NCBI GenBank assembly: GCA_029098165.1
Contig: JAQXNU010000206.1
Coordinates: 1,567-65,566 of the forward strand
Direction: 5' to 3'
Length of the DNA: 64,000 nt
Source of the DNA: Clostridiales bacterium
GTDB lineage: Bacteria; Bacillota; Clostridia; Lachnospirales; Lachnospiraceae
Numbering within the stretch: position 1 is the first letter of the stretch; every line of letters starts with the position of its first letter. Positions 54,586 through 64,000 of the stretch are shown here, in pieces. The notes beneath the pieces are model-generated. The model was not told where the DNA came from, did no database searches, and was given only the letters and a program-made list of their open reading frames with translations. A program made the translations under genes and the position numbers.

Positions 54586-55575
54586 ATGAAGAAAAAGACA
54601 TTAAGGACAATGACGACGCTGATGAGTACTGTAGTTATTGGAAGTTCTTTATTTGCTGGGTGTAGCAGTAAGAATGAAAGTACTTCTACAAGTGTAGAGG
54701 ACAATAGTATTGCGGTTTCTCCAACCAAAGAAGCAACGACTGTACCAGTGAAAGAAGCAACGACTGTACCAGTGAAAGAAGTAACGACTGTTCCAACCGA
54801 AGAAGCAACAATTACGCCATCAAAAGAGGCTACGCAAGAACCAACGAAGAATGCAAATGGGATGCAGGAAACAAGTGATTCTACAAACTCCGATGTTTCC
54901 GTTACTTTTGAATCGATCGATGAAATAATCAAGGATGAAGAAAACTCTGATGTTGTCTTAATTGAGCTGTCTTATAATCGTCCAGTGATTACGATAGCAA
55001 ACAATGAGGCAGCAAGTAAGAAGATTAATGACTACTTTGCAAAACTATATGAAGAAAATCAAGCAACAATGGAGGAGTATAAGGCAGATGCCAAGGAGTT
55101 ATATAAGGAGCGGGAAATTAGGAGCGAATGGAGAGGATACGAAATCGGTATGAATTACTCTCTTGAGCGTGCCGATGAAAATTGTATTAGTTTTGAATGC
55201 AGTTTTTATTGTGATTACACATATCTACATCCAACTTACTGGGAATGTGGCTATACATTTAACACAAGCACTGGCGAATTATTGACGTTGGAAGATATCT
55301 CGAGCGACCTTGATACTTTTTAATCAAAAGTTAATGATCGAGTGGTAGAATACTGTAAGCAGAGGGAAAAAGAATATGGCACACGGATTTTTTATGAAGG
55401 CTATGAAGATGATATTCCTAATATTTTGCAGGATAATACCTGGTTCTTTGATGAGAAAGGATTTGAGTTAATTGTCAATGAATACACAATCGCACCACAT
55501 GTCCTTGGAAGTTTTTATGTTCTAATTCCGTATCAAGAACTGGTGGGAGTGAAAGAGGAGTTTATTAAGAAGTAA
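54586..55575 (+). pseudogene. DUF4163/DUF3298 (PdaC/RsiV-like) lipoprotein split by one in-frame stop
   Basis: Lipobox LFAGC; GYTFNTSTGELLTLEDI; TAA at 55321-55323, then the same frame continues SKVNDRVVEY...WFFDEKGFELIVNEYTIAPH..G. Confidence 0.75.
54727..54843 (+). repeat. 24-bp coding tandem repeat (KEATTVPV), two exact and three degenerate units
   Basis: AAAGAAGCAACGACTGTACCAGTG at 54727 and 54751; variants at 54775, 54799 and 54823. Confidence 0.85.
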
Positions 55576-55640
55576 GTTACGTGAATTAGTGCAATCTGTA
55601 TCAGACTTATGTGATGGGCTTAAACTAGGAGGATTGATTC

Positions 55641-56702
55641 ATGAGAAAATATTATATTGATAATTTAAGGATTCTATGCATTTTCTTGCTGTTTCCTTTC
55701 CATACAACAATGGTATTTAACTCGTTTGGCGAGATTTTTTATGTAAATGGAACTCCAAACGATTATTTGACTTTTGTGAACATTGCATCTTATTCTTGGT
55801 GGATGACGGGGCTATTTGTCCTTGCTGGTATGTCTACAAAGTACGCATTATCGAATCGAACTGCAAATCAGTATCTAGCGGAACGAGAGCATAAACTATT
55901 GATACCAGCCGTTAGCAGTCTCATATTTATCGTACCACTGCAGACTTACATAGCCGATTGCTTTCATAATGGTTATACCGGAAGTTATCTAAAACACTTG
56001 AAAGTATTCCTTACAATTACTGACTTTCAGGGATGTGATGGACACTTTAGTCCAGGTCATATCTGGTTCTTATTCTATCTGTTTCTGATCTCGATAGTTA
56101 CATTGCCTCTGATTTTACGGACGAGAAAGAAGAATTTCAAAATGAATTCAAAATTATGCAGTATTCCTTTTCTATTACTGATTGGAATTGTAGTAGAAAT
56201 GTCGGAAAAGGTATTGGTCGTAGGTAATAAAAGCTTTGCTCAGTTTGGGCTTTGCTTTTTGATCGGTTACTTTATCATGAGCGAGGAATCGGTAACCGAC
56301 CGTTTGAAAAAGTACAGTATACCATTTGGAATTCTGTGGGCATTGTTGATTATTTCTCGCTGTGTCTATTTTCTTTATGGAGAATGGGATTCCATATGGA
56401 ATGCAGTCCTATATTACATTCAAGGCTGGATTGGAGTTTTAGCCATGATTGGGCTTGGCAAACGTTTTCTTGATCATAACTGGAAGTTTACAAAGCTTTT
56501 CGTTAAAGCAGAGTTTCCAATGTATCTGTTTCACCAGACGGTCATTGTGGTACTGGCATACTGGGTAGTTTCTGATTGGAAAGTTTCGGTTTATGCGCAG
56601 TACTTTGTGATTATGGTCGCATCATTTGTGATATCTTATGGGTTATATCTGGTGACTAGGAAGTTTAGGGTGTGCAGATGGTTGTTTGGAATAAAAGGTT
56701 AG
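55641..56702 (+). CDS. Acyltransferase-3 family (OpgC/MdoC-like) membrane acyltransferase
   Basis: RKYYIDNLR, M.GLFVLAG, GHIWFLFYLF, FPMYLFHQ. Confidence 0.88.
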   Translation: MRKYYIDNLRILCIFLLFPFHTTMVFNSFGEIFYVNGTPNDYLTFVNIASYSWWMTGLFVLAGMSTKYALSNRTANQYLAEREHKLLIPAVSSLIFIVPLQTYIADCFHNGYTGSYLKHLKVFLTITDFQGCDGHFSPGHIWFLFYLFLISIVTLPLILRTRKKNFKMNSKLCSIPFLLLIGIVVEMSEKVLVVGNKSFAQFGLCFLIGYFIMSEESVTDRLKKYSIPFGILWALLIISRCVYFLYGEWDSIWNAVLYYIQGWIGVLAMIGLGKRFLDHNWKFTKLFVKAEFPMYLFHQTVIVVLAYWVVSDWKVSVYAQYFVIMVASFVISYGLYLVTRKFRVCRWLFGIKG

Positions 56703-56722
56703 TGTAGAGATGGGGGAAACGC

Positions 56723-57220
56723 ATGGCAAATATCATTACCAGTATCAGAATCGTATGTAGTATCGTATTGCTGTTTTGTCCGACATTTTCTGTGTGGTTT
56801 TATTCCTTCTACATAACTGCTGGATTTACGGATATGATTGATGGAACGGTTGCGAGAAAAACAAATACGGTCAGTGAGTTTGGTTCTAAGCTGGATACCA
56901 TTGCAGATTTTGTTTTTGTTGTCGCATGTTTGATCAAATTGGTTCCAAAGCTATCTTTTCCCATGTGGGCGTATCTATGGACAGTTTGTATTGTAGTAAT
57001 CAAAGTCGTCAATATCATTTCTGGCTTTGCAGTAAAGAAGACGTTGGTGGCAGTTCATTCTACCATGAATAAAGTTACTGGGGGATTGTTGTTTCTGTTA
57101 CCATTGACGATTTCTGTGATTCAATTGAAATTCAGTATATTCGTTATTTGCGTCGTTGCAACATTTGCGGCGCTTCAGGAGGGGTATAGGATCAGAGTTG
57201 GAAATTCAATAGGGGAGTGA
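56723..57220 (+). CDS. CDP-alcohol phosphatidyltransferase family protein
   Basis: ANIITSIR; DMIDGTVAR..N..SEFGSKLDTIAD motif. Confidence 0.9.
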   Translation: MANIITSIRIVCSIVLLFCPTFSVWFYSFYITAGFTDMIDGTVARKTNTVSEFGSKLDTIADFVFVVACLIKLVPKLSFPMWAYLWTVCIVVIKVVNIISGFAVKKTLVAVHSTMNKVTGGLLFLLPLTISVIQLKFSIFVICVVATFAALQEGYRIRVGNSIGE

Positions 57221-57224
57221 GTTT

Positions 57225-57871
57225 ATGGAAGGAAGAGAAACTTTTTATTCCGGGACATGCTTATGCAGATATGCAACGATATCGGATGTGAGATGGCAAC
57301 TATTATAAGATTATGTATGAAGATCGGATGGCAGAAATTATTCGAGTAGATATATCTGGACGAGAGCATGGACGGTTGGATTTGTTGTATTTGTTTCAGG
57401 AATTCCAAGGGAAAGGAATCGGTAGTGTGGCACTTGTGCAAATTGAGAGTATGTACCCGGATGTTTTGCTATGCCAGTAACTTATGTCAGAGCAGATTTG
57501 AGAATATGAATATGTCGAATACGGTATTTGCGAATGTTTGCTTACAGGGAGCTCGTTTTACAAATACAAACTTGTGTAATCTTATCATCGGAGATAGCCG
57601 AATCAATGATGCAGAGTTAAGAGATTGCAACGTTTCCAATGTATATGTGCATGATTTAAATATAGACGATAATCATGAAACGAGCGTGCATTTTGAACGG
57701 TGCGTGATGGAAGAGAGTACGATGAAAGACTGTGATTTTAAGGGGTTACAGATACAACACTGTAATCTAAAAGGGATGAAAATCGATCAGTGCGAGTTAG
57801 AAGACGTTACGATTGATGGAATTTCGCTGGAAGATCTACTAACATGTTATAGGAAATGGAAACAAAACTAA
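57225..57871 (+). pseudogene. Degraded GNAT fragment joined out of frame to a pentapeptide-repeat domain
   Basis: Frame 57313-57480 reads LYLFQEFQGKGIGS (GNAT acetyl-CoA loop). Frame ending 57871 reads NMSNTVFANVCLQGARFTNTNL..CNLKGMKID..IDGISLEDLL. Confidence 0.55.
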
Positions 57872-57913
57872 GGAAAACAATCTTTAAGATGGTTGTACGT
57901 AAAGGAGAAAATT

Positions 57914-58651
57914 ATGATCGCTTATTTAACAAGTAGCCCAGGAGGGATTATAATAAGAGGAGAAAACAAATATCCAACGTGTTTGGATCCATCAAATAAT
58001 TTTGCTTGTAGTCTACAAAGACATTGGAAATCCGATTCAAAGGTATTATTTATCTGTTCGGATCCGGATAAAGCAAAGATTACGGATAGTTATATGAATG
58101 TATTTCTGGATTCTTTGCCAATGAGTGGGCTATCGATTCAGGGTATCGATGTCTGCGATCATCGTGATACGAAGGTAGTTCAGAGAATTAAGGATTATGA
58201 TGTCGTGATTCTTGCTGGCGGACATGTACCAACGCAGAATGCATTTTTTCAGGAGATTGACTTAAAAAAATATATCCAGACGTTTGATGGTATCTTAATC
58301 GGTATTAGTGCTGGATCGATGAATTGTGCGGAAATCGTTTATTCACACCCAGAGTTGGATGGAGAAAGCGAAGATTTGGAATATCAGAGATTTATCGATG
58401 GTCTTGGCATTACAAACTATATGATATTACCACATTATCAGTATATGAAGGATGAGATATTAGATGGAAAACGTGTGATTGAAGATATTACGTTTCCGGA
58501 TAGTATGGGCAAAAGATTCTATGCCCTTGTAGATGGCAGCTACCTATTAATTGAAAATGGTATAACTAAGCTATGTGGAGAAGGATATTTAATTACGGAT
58601 GGTAAAATTGCGAAAATCTGCGATGAAGGAAGCAGTATAGTGCTTGATTAA
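57914..58651 (+). CDS. Peptidase S51 (dipeptidase E)/type-1 glutamine amidotransferase-like protein
   Basis: DVVILAGG, IGISAGSM nucleophile, ILPHY. Confidence 0.88.
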   Translation: MIAYLTSSPGGIIIRGENKYPTCLDPSNNFACSLQRHWKSDSKVLFICSDPDKAKITDSYMNVFLDSLPMSGLSIQGIDVCDHRDTKVVQRIKDYDVVILAGGHVPTQNAFFQEIDLKKYIQTFDGILIGISAGSMNCAEIVYSHPELDGESEDLEYQRFIDGLGITNYMILPHYQYMKDEILDGKRVIEDITFPDSMGKRFYALVDGSYLLIENGITKLCGEGYLITDGKIAKICDEGSSIVLD

Positions 58652-58798
58652 AATCATAACATACGAAGTAGCATAATTTTATCGTTCTAGGCTTTTAATG
58701 TTGAAAATTGTCAATCAATTTTACATCGTATCGAATCTAGTCGGTAATAAATGTGTATGAACATGGAAGATATTGCTGTGAATTATATGGAGGTAAAT

Positions 58799-59827
58799 AT
58801 GGACATTGTGATTCGGAAAATGGAACCCCAAGAAGCTAAAGCTGTCTACAATCTTGGACTTAAAACCTTTCATAGCATGGAAGGAATCTTTATGGGAAAG
58901 CCTAAACAAGCGATAGTAGCTGTTAGTGGAGAGGAGATTGTCGGAGGCATTACTTATTCGACTCATAAATACAAAGATGGAGTACTTGGATATGTCGATT
59001 ATGCATTTGTGAATGATAAATATCATGGTCGAGGTATTGGATCAAAACTTTATACTGCAGCTGTGAGGGAATTAAATGGTTTTGGTTGTACGCAAGTCAT
59101 TAGCTTAGTTCGTGGTGATAATCCAGGATCATTTATGCTTTTTGAACGTCAGAATATGCAAAGATGTTCCATGGGGGAAGCAAAACGTTTACTTGGAACA
59201 TCCGGATGGTTGTATCTGCTATTTCGCTCGGTTCTAAGTTGGGGACCTGCGATGGACTGTTACCTTAGCAATGCGAAAAAGAAGTGTGACGGGATTTCTC
59301 AATTTTTTCTATATCTCCTAGTCAATTTAGCATTTCTTTTGCTTGGAATCATGGTATATAAAGAACAAATGCCACTAGCATTGGCTGGAGCAGGAACTGT
59401 GATGATCGTTGGCTCAATCTTAGGAGCAAGTATATGTCTTTCGGAAAAAGGACAATACCATTTTCGGTTATCTACAGGCGGTGGTTATGTGACTGCGATT
59501 GTCTCTGCACTTGGTGGTTTTTTCCCGATGTTTGGTAAATGGTATCCTCAGAAGTTTGATGGATCTGAGAAACAGAAAGCGGAATTAGGCGTTTCAGCAA
59601 TTATTGAGTGGGTTGGAATCCTGTTGTTGTATGTTGCGATGAAGGAAGGATTCTCTGGAAATGCCTATGCAGAAAGTGTGGCATATTATTCTTCTGTTAT
59701 GACGGTATTTCGTATGATACCGACGTTTCCGTTTAATGAATATGGGGCACGGCGTGTGTATTCTTATAATAAAGGTCAGTATGCTGTCTTGTGGATCCTT
59801 AGTGGATTGGTACTGTATTTTGTATAA
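58799..59827 (+). CDS. GNAT domain fused to a multi-pass membrane domain
   Basis: FVNDKYHGRGIGSKL and S...FE GNAT motifs, then about 6 TM with PTFPFNEYG; GGAGGT RBS. Confidence 0.8.
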   Translation: MDIVIRKMEPQEAKAVYNLGLKTFHSMEGIFMGKPKQAIVAVSGEEIVGGITYSTHKYKDGVLGYVDYAFVNDKYHGRGIGSKLYTAAVRELNGFGCTQVISLVRGDNPGSFMLFERQNMQRCSMGEAKRLLGTSGWLYLLFRSVLSWGPAMDCYLSNAKKKCDGISQFFLYLLVNLAFLLLGIMVYKEQMPLALAGAGTVMIVGSILGASICLSEKGQYHFRLSTGGGYVTAIVSALGGFFPMFGKWYPQKFDGSEKQKAELGVSAIIEWVGILLLYVAMKEGFSGNAYAESVAYYSSVMTVFRMIPTFPFNEYGARRVYSYNKGQYAVLWILSGLVLYFV

Positions 59828-60003
59828 TGAGGAAAATGGGGGAGGTTGAAGTTATCTGTATCTATTGTATGCCTTGCCGATATTACATGCCGGACAGAAG
59901 ATTCCAAAAAGTACGATTTCATACCAGAGAGTACGGATATGATGAGAACAGGACTAAATGGATGGGTGCTAGAGTGCGGGGAAAATTGAAAACTGGGTGA
60001 CAT

Positions 60004-60288
60004 TTACGGGTAATAAATTAGCAAGTACATATTATAAAATTAGTGATTACGTGTAATAAATAAGATTATGGTAAAATTACAGGTAAAAAAGTTGATATAG
60101 GCCCAGTGGAAAGAGCAAGATTACGTGTAAAAACAGAGAATATTCAAAAATTATACGTAATCCTGTATCCAATATCAATTGAAATCTATCTAAACCTTTA
60201 TAATAATAGGGTAAAATCTATGAATTTAAAATTTTTACATGTAATCATAGTCAGATATGTCTAGTTTCATAATGATTTTTACGTGTAG
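60004..60288. repeat. Array of TTAC-NN-GTAA palindromes with alternating about 44/30-bp spacing (locus 3)
   Basis: Exact copies at 60004, 60047, 60077, 60121 and 60235; one-mismatch copies at 60151 and 60279. Confidence 0.8.
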
Positions 60289-60385
60289 AATTCCTATACT
60301 TATATTTTTTACACTATCACAATCAAAAAAGCCAAAGAATCAATGAACATTCACGGTACTCCTAAGAAAATGTCGAAACTGGACA

Positions 60386-60645
60386 TTGAACTAACTGACA
60401 TATCGTGATATGATATGTTCCAGAATATGAGAACGGAAGGAATAAGTTATGTATCGTCCAATTTAGAATTACGTAAATAGTATACAAGATAAGTTATCGA
60501 GTTGCCTCTTAAGGTTAAAGTTAGGATAACTCGAATTACTTATCAAGATATATATCAGAAGATAGGCGTTTGTCTGATTAGATCAAAGCTCTAAGGGGCA
60601 TGTGGCCTTTCAAATTTGTATGCATTAAGTTGCATACTTGAAAGG
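60386..60645 (+). promoter_or_regulatory. Promoter and structured leader with uORFs and an RBS-sequestering hairpin
   Basis: TTGAAC, 17 bp, TG-n-TATGAT (60409). uORFs at 60427-60480 and 60449-60466. Hairpin CCTTTCAA..GTATGCA/TGCATAC-TTGAAAGG at 60606-60645 covers the RBS. Confidence 0.55.
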
Positions 60646-60655
60646 ACGGGACATA

Positions 60656-61700
60656 ATGAAATCGAATAGTAATATAAAGATAATGTATGCCATTTCTCTG
60701 TTGGAGGGAATGGTTTTTTATGGTGCAATTGCGACTTTGTATCTACAGGCAATTGGTATAAGTGTATTTCAGATTACAATCATCGAAAGTATTTCCATGG
60801 TGCTTGCGATTGCATTAGAACTGCTATGGGGAGTCCTTGCAGAAAAAATCGGATATAAGAATGCTATGATTTTCTGCAGTATCATATATGTTATCTCGAA
60901 AATCATCTTTTGGAAGGCGGATGGATTTGGAATGCTTTTATTCGAGCGAATTCTATTATCTATTGTAATTCCGGTTATTCTGGAGTTGGTGAGAGTATAC
61001 TGTATCTGTCTTGTGAGAAAAAGGATGCACATAAAGTGTTTAGTATCTATGATGGTCTTGGCACCGATGGTTTGATCATAGCTTCAGCCATCTATAATGT
61101 ATTTATGCATGGTGATTTTCGAATAGCAGGATTTGCTACAGTTATTACATATGGAATTGCTATGTTACTTACATTTTTCCTAAAAGAAGTGAGACCTGCG
61201 GAAAAGAAGGATGAACATCCATTTAGAGAATTCATTGTGATTTTTAAGCAGATTTTAAAAAGGAAGGAGTTATTCCTATTTTTAATTGCAATAGCACTCT
61301 TCCGAGAGTGCAATCAGACGATTACAGTCTTTTTGAATCAATTATAGTACGTTCGTGCTGGTATGAGTGATGCTATGATTGGCTGGGCATATGTTGTAAT
61401 GACACTCATTGTTCTGTTTGGTATGAGATCGATTTCATTTGTGAGACGATTTGGAAAAAGGAATGCTGGAATTCTGTTGTTTGGTATGGCTGGGATTTCA
61501 TGTAGCATCTTAGCTATAACGACAAATTCCATTATATCGGTACTCTCCATTCTTTGCATACGAATCGCATTTACTATGATAACACCATTGTCTCAAACCA
61601 TTCAACATAATTTAGTCAGCCATAAAAATCGTGCAACAGCGATAAGTGTAAATGCGGTCATCATGGATGGGGTAGCAGTTGCCACGGTAAATCTGGTATG
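60656..61700 (+). pseudogene. MFS transporter pseudogene
   Basis: LELLWGVLAEKIGYKN motif A; frameshift near 60970; in-frame TAG at 61345-61347; sequence loses MFS character after NRATAIS..MDGVAVA. Confidence 0.8.
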
Positions 61701-62057
61701 TAAAGTACAGGTTACAATAAGTAATATTTCTGTGAACAAGGACACGATTCCTCTAAATTCGCTCAGATTCATGTTCTTATAATTACTAAGATGGAAGATA
61801 AATAGTAGGATGATCGCATAACCAGTTATGATTTTGCCTTTATGGAAAGGATTCTCCGAATCAGCTTCATGTCCTTTTATATTCCAGATAATGCTGATTG
61901 CGAAATGAAAACCTATTGCTACAGCAAGAAAGATCCCTGTTGTTTTATAATTCGAATTATAAGGGATTCTTCCGTATAAAACAAGTGACATTAGGACTCC
62001 GTGCAATAAAAATAATAGAAACGTGATCGTACCTAAGATAGAGTGTTGTTTTCTTAT
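61690..62057 (-). pseudogene. Small membrane-protein gene with start codon apparently mutated to ATA and 3' end truncated
   Basis: Minus-strand GGAGG RBS, 5 nt, ATA at 62057 in frame with ORF 61602-62006 (RKQHSILGTITFLLFLLHG...GFHFAISI). The 3' part runs into the antisense of the MFS remnant. Confidence 0.5.
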
Positions 62058-62313
62058 GTGTTCCTCCCTAAAAGCTTTAGATGTAATTTATAGACTGACA
62101 AAAATGTCAATCAATAATATATCATCATCGAAACCGGATTGTAATACCTGATTTACAAAAATATTCCATAGTAACTTGTTTGTCTATAGTATTTTAACTG
62201 AATAAGTACTATAATTAAGAAAAGAAGTAAGAAGCTCAAAGGAAAAGAAAGAACGGATAGGAGGACGTATAATAACATAGAATGAGATAGAGTCTTTTTT
62301 GGGGGTTAAGTAT

Positions 62314-62838
62314 ATGAAAAAAATATTAGTCATGGATCGGAAGAATTACGATCCGAGTCTTAAAGTATTACAAAGAGTTGCGGTTCGTGGAATCATCTTT
62401 ATTGATGGTAAACTTCTTCTAGTAGAGACTGAATTTGGAGAGCTAAAATTACCAGGTGGAGGTAAGGAAATCGGAGAAAGTGACATTACAACACTGATAC
62501 GGGAAGTGAAGGAAGAAACGGGATATCAGGTAATTGAAAGCTCGATTCGAGAGTTTGGGGAAATCGAAGAGAAAAGGCTTTCCACCCACGAATCCATGAT
62601 CTGGAACCAATTTAGTCGATTATATTTTTGTGATGTTTCCTTGAATCCGTCCGAGTGTGAGTATACTGAAAACGAAAAGACATATGGATTTCATCAGGTG
62701 TTATATTCCCTAGATGATGCGATTGCAAAAAATCAGGCTCTCATAGACAAGGAAGGTGAACATGGATGGAATCAGAGAGAGTATAATACGTTACGATTGA
62801 TCAAACAGTACTTTTTTGGTGGAGTGTTGGAAGAATAA
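62314..62838 (+). CDS. NUDIX hydrolase
   Basis: LPGGGKEIGESDITTLIREVKEETG Nudix box. Confidence 0.93.
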   Translation: MKKILVMDRKNYDPSLKVLQRVAVRGIIFIDGKLLLVETEFGELKLPGGGKEIGESDITTLIREVKEETGYQVIESSIREFGEIEEKRLSTHESMIWNQFSRLYFCDVSLNPSECEYTENEKTYGFHQVLYSLDDAIAKNQALIDKEGEHGWNQREYNTLRLIKQYFFGGVLEE

Positions 62839-62875
62839 GAGAGCAAGCATTTGCGTTTTGTCATAGGAGGGGGAA

Positions 62876-63664
62876 ATGAAAAGACGAATTTTACTACTTT
62901 TGTTCTTGGCTTTATTCTGTACTAGCTGTGAATCACAATCGATTAGTACCAATCAGGCGAATCATAATCCAGTAAGACAAGAGAAAAATGAAATACCACA
63001 GAGTATTGAGACATGGCAGGATTTTAAGGTACAGCATGGAACAGAAACCGGCACGAATTCAGAACTAACTTCAGAATCCATGGGTAATGACAAATACGAA
63101 CCAAAATCAGAGGAAAGCACTGAAATGAATAAGGTGCAAATTACGGATTATTTCACAGGCACATGGATTAATGAGTTAGGTTTTGTTTGTGAATATGGGG
63201 AAGAAAATTTCATCGATCAGTTCGGAAATACATATGAGGACTGTGAAATCACGAATTATGAGAATACGGACTTTTATATTTTACAATGTAATGATGATGT
63301 AGATTCGCAGATCCATAAATTTGTTATTCAAGTCATAGATGAGGATACGATTGAATTGAATACGGTTACTGCTTATCGTTGCAGTTGCGAGAAGGGACTA
63401 AAATATAGTGTGGCCTTAAAACAGAAGATCATTGGTTCATGGCTATATCATGGAGAGGAAGACGAGCAGTTATTAGAATTTACGAAAGATGAACTAATCA
63501 CAGTAGATGGGGAGTATGAGGAGAGAACTCCTTATGAAATATGCGATGGCAAACTTTACGTTCACCTTGGAGATGAAGATATTATGACGATATACATACA
63601 GCTTTATAATAATGAACTGACATTAAAAGAAGGAGGCGAAAGCCTTCTAACCTATCGACATTAA
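62876..63664 (+). CDS. Putative lipoprotein of unknown function
   Basis: MKRR, hydrophobic stretch, CTSC lipobox-like site; two similar GxW...F beta-rich repeats; AGGAGG RBS. Confidence 0.72.
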   Translation: MKRRILLLLFLALFCTSCESQSISTNQANHNPVRQEKNEIPQSIETWQDFKVQHGTETGTNSELTSESMGNDKYEPKSEESTEMNKVQITDYFTGTWINELGFVCEYGEENFIDQFGNTYEDCEITNYENTDFYILQCNDDVDSQIHKFVIQVIDEDTIELNTVTAYRCSCEKGLKYSVALKQKIIGSWLYHGEEDEQLLEFTKDELITVDGEYEERTPYEICDGKLYVHLGDEDIMTIYIQLYNNELTLKEGGESLLTYRH

Positions 63665-63694
63665 GCAAAATTCAAAGTATGAGGTAGAAAAGTA

Positions 63695-63922
63695 ATGAGA
63701 CGGTTAGTTATTATATTAGCAGTAGTACCAATGTTATAGTCAGGGCTTACACATACCGTGCAAGCATCTGCGAAGGAAGAACTGAATTATCAAGCACCTT
63801 ATATTACAGTATGCCAAGAGCAACAGTTACAAGAAATTACAGGTTGTGATACTTCAGTCAATACCATGAAAGCTGAGCCAAGGAAATCATTGATCCAAGT
63901 TGTCTTGGAGCTCTTTATCTGA
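63695..63922 (+). pseudogene. Possible remnant of a secreted protein gene
   Basis: RBS GAGGT; MRRLVIILAVVPML, then TAG at 63737, then the same frame continues SGLTHTVQASA (signal-peptide-like). Confidence 0.35.
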
Positions 63923-64000
63923 TGGTGGATGATAACTTTAAAAAAGGTACACTAACCATAAAATATGATGAAAAGCAACTAGGGAAAACAAAGGAAAGCA

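Noticed and set aside
59830-59990. Short ORF after a GGGAGG RBS
   Set aside because: About 47 codons from a TTG start with no recognisable similarity; possibly a gene remnant but unsupported.
60004-60288. CRISPR array
   Set aside because: The conserved unit is only 10 bp, spacer lengths alternate (20 vs 33-34 nt), and no cas genes are in the window.

Overview
AT-rich, almost entirely + strand window from a Firmicute. Gene content and Shine-Dalgarno style suggest Lachnospiraceae/Clostridia (inference). Core blocks are the ylxM-ffh-rpsP-khpA-rimM-trmD cluster (4.3-8.7 kb) and a complete V/A-type ATPase operon (42.0-50.7 kb). Carbohydrate genes are a GH2 beta-galactosidase, a tandem CE1-type esterase and a 1410-aa GH11-CBM6x3-GH10-CBM6-CE4 xylanase. 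The rest is accessory: transporters, a LytTR/DUF3021/ABC module, a flavinylated lipoprotein reductase, GNATs, lipoproteins and about seven decaying genes, including a DUF4011 (Hhe-like) helicase remnant. No rRNA, tRNA, CRISPR array, transposase or integrase was recognised. The most notable signals are: (1) two complete c-di-GMP-I riboswitches in tandem ahead of an orphan FTP+PepSY protease-propeptide-like protein with no catalytic domain; (2) dispersed intergenic arrays of a TTAC-NN-GTAA palindrome, paired at about 30-bp spacing, at three loci; (3) a 400-bp element bounded by inverted repeats and rich in hairpins between khpA and rimM; (4) an unannotated leader-peptide attenuator before an MFS transporter; (5) a 150-nt hairpin after the ATPase operon. 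All calls come from reading motifs by eye; no database searches or folding programs were run.
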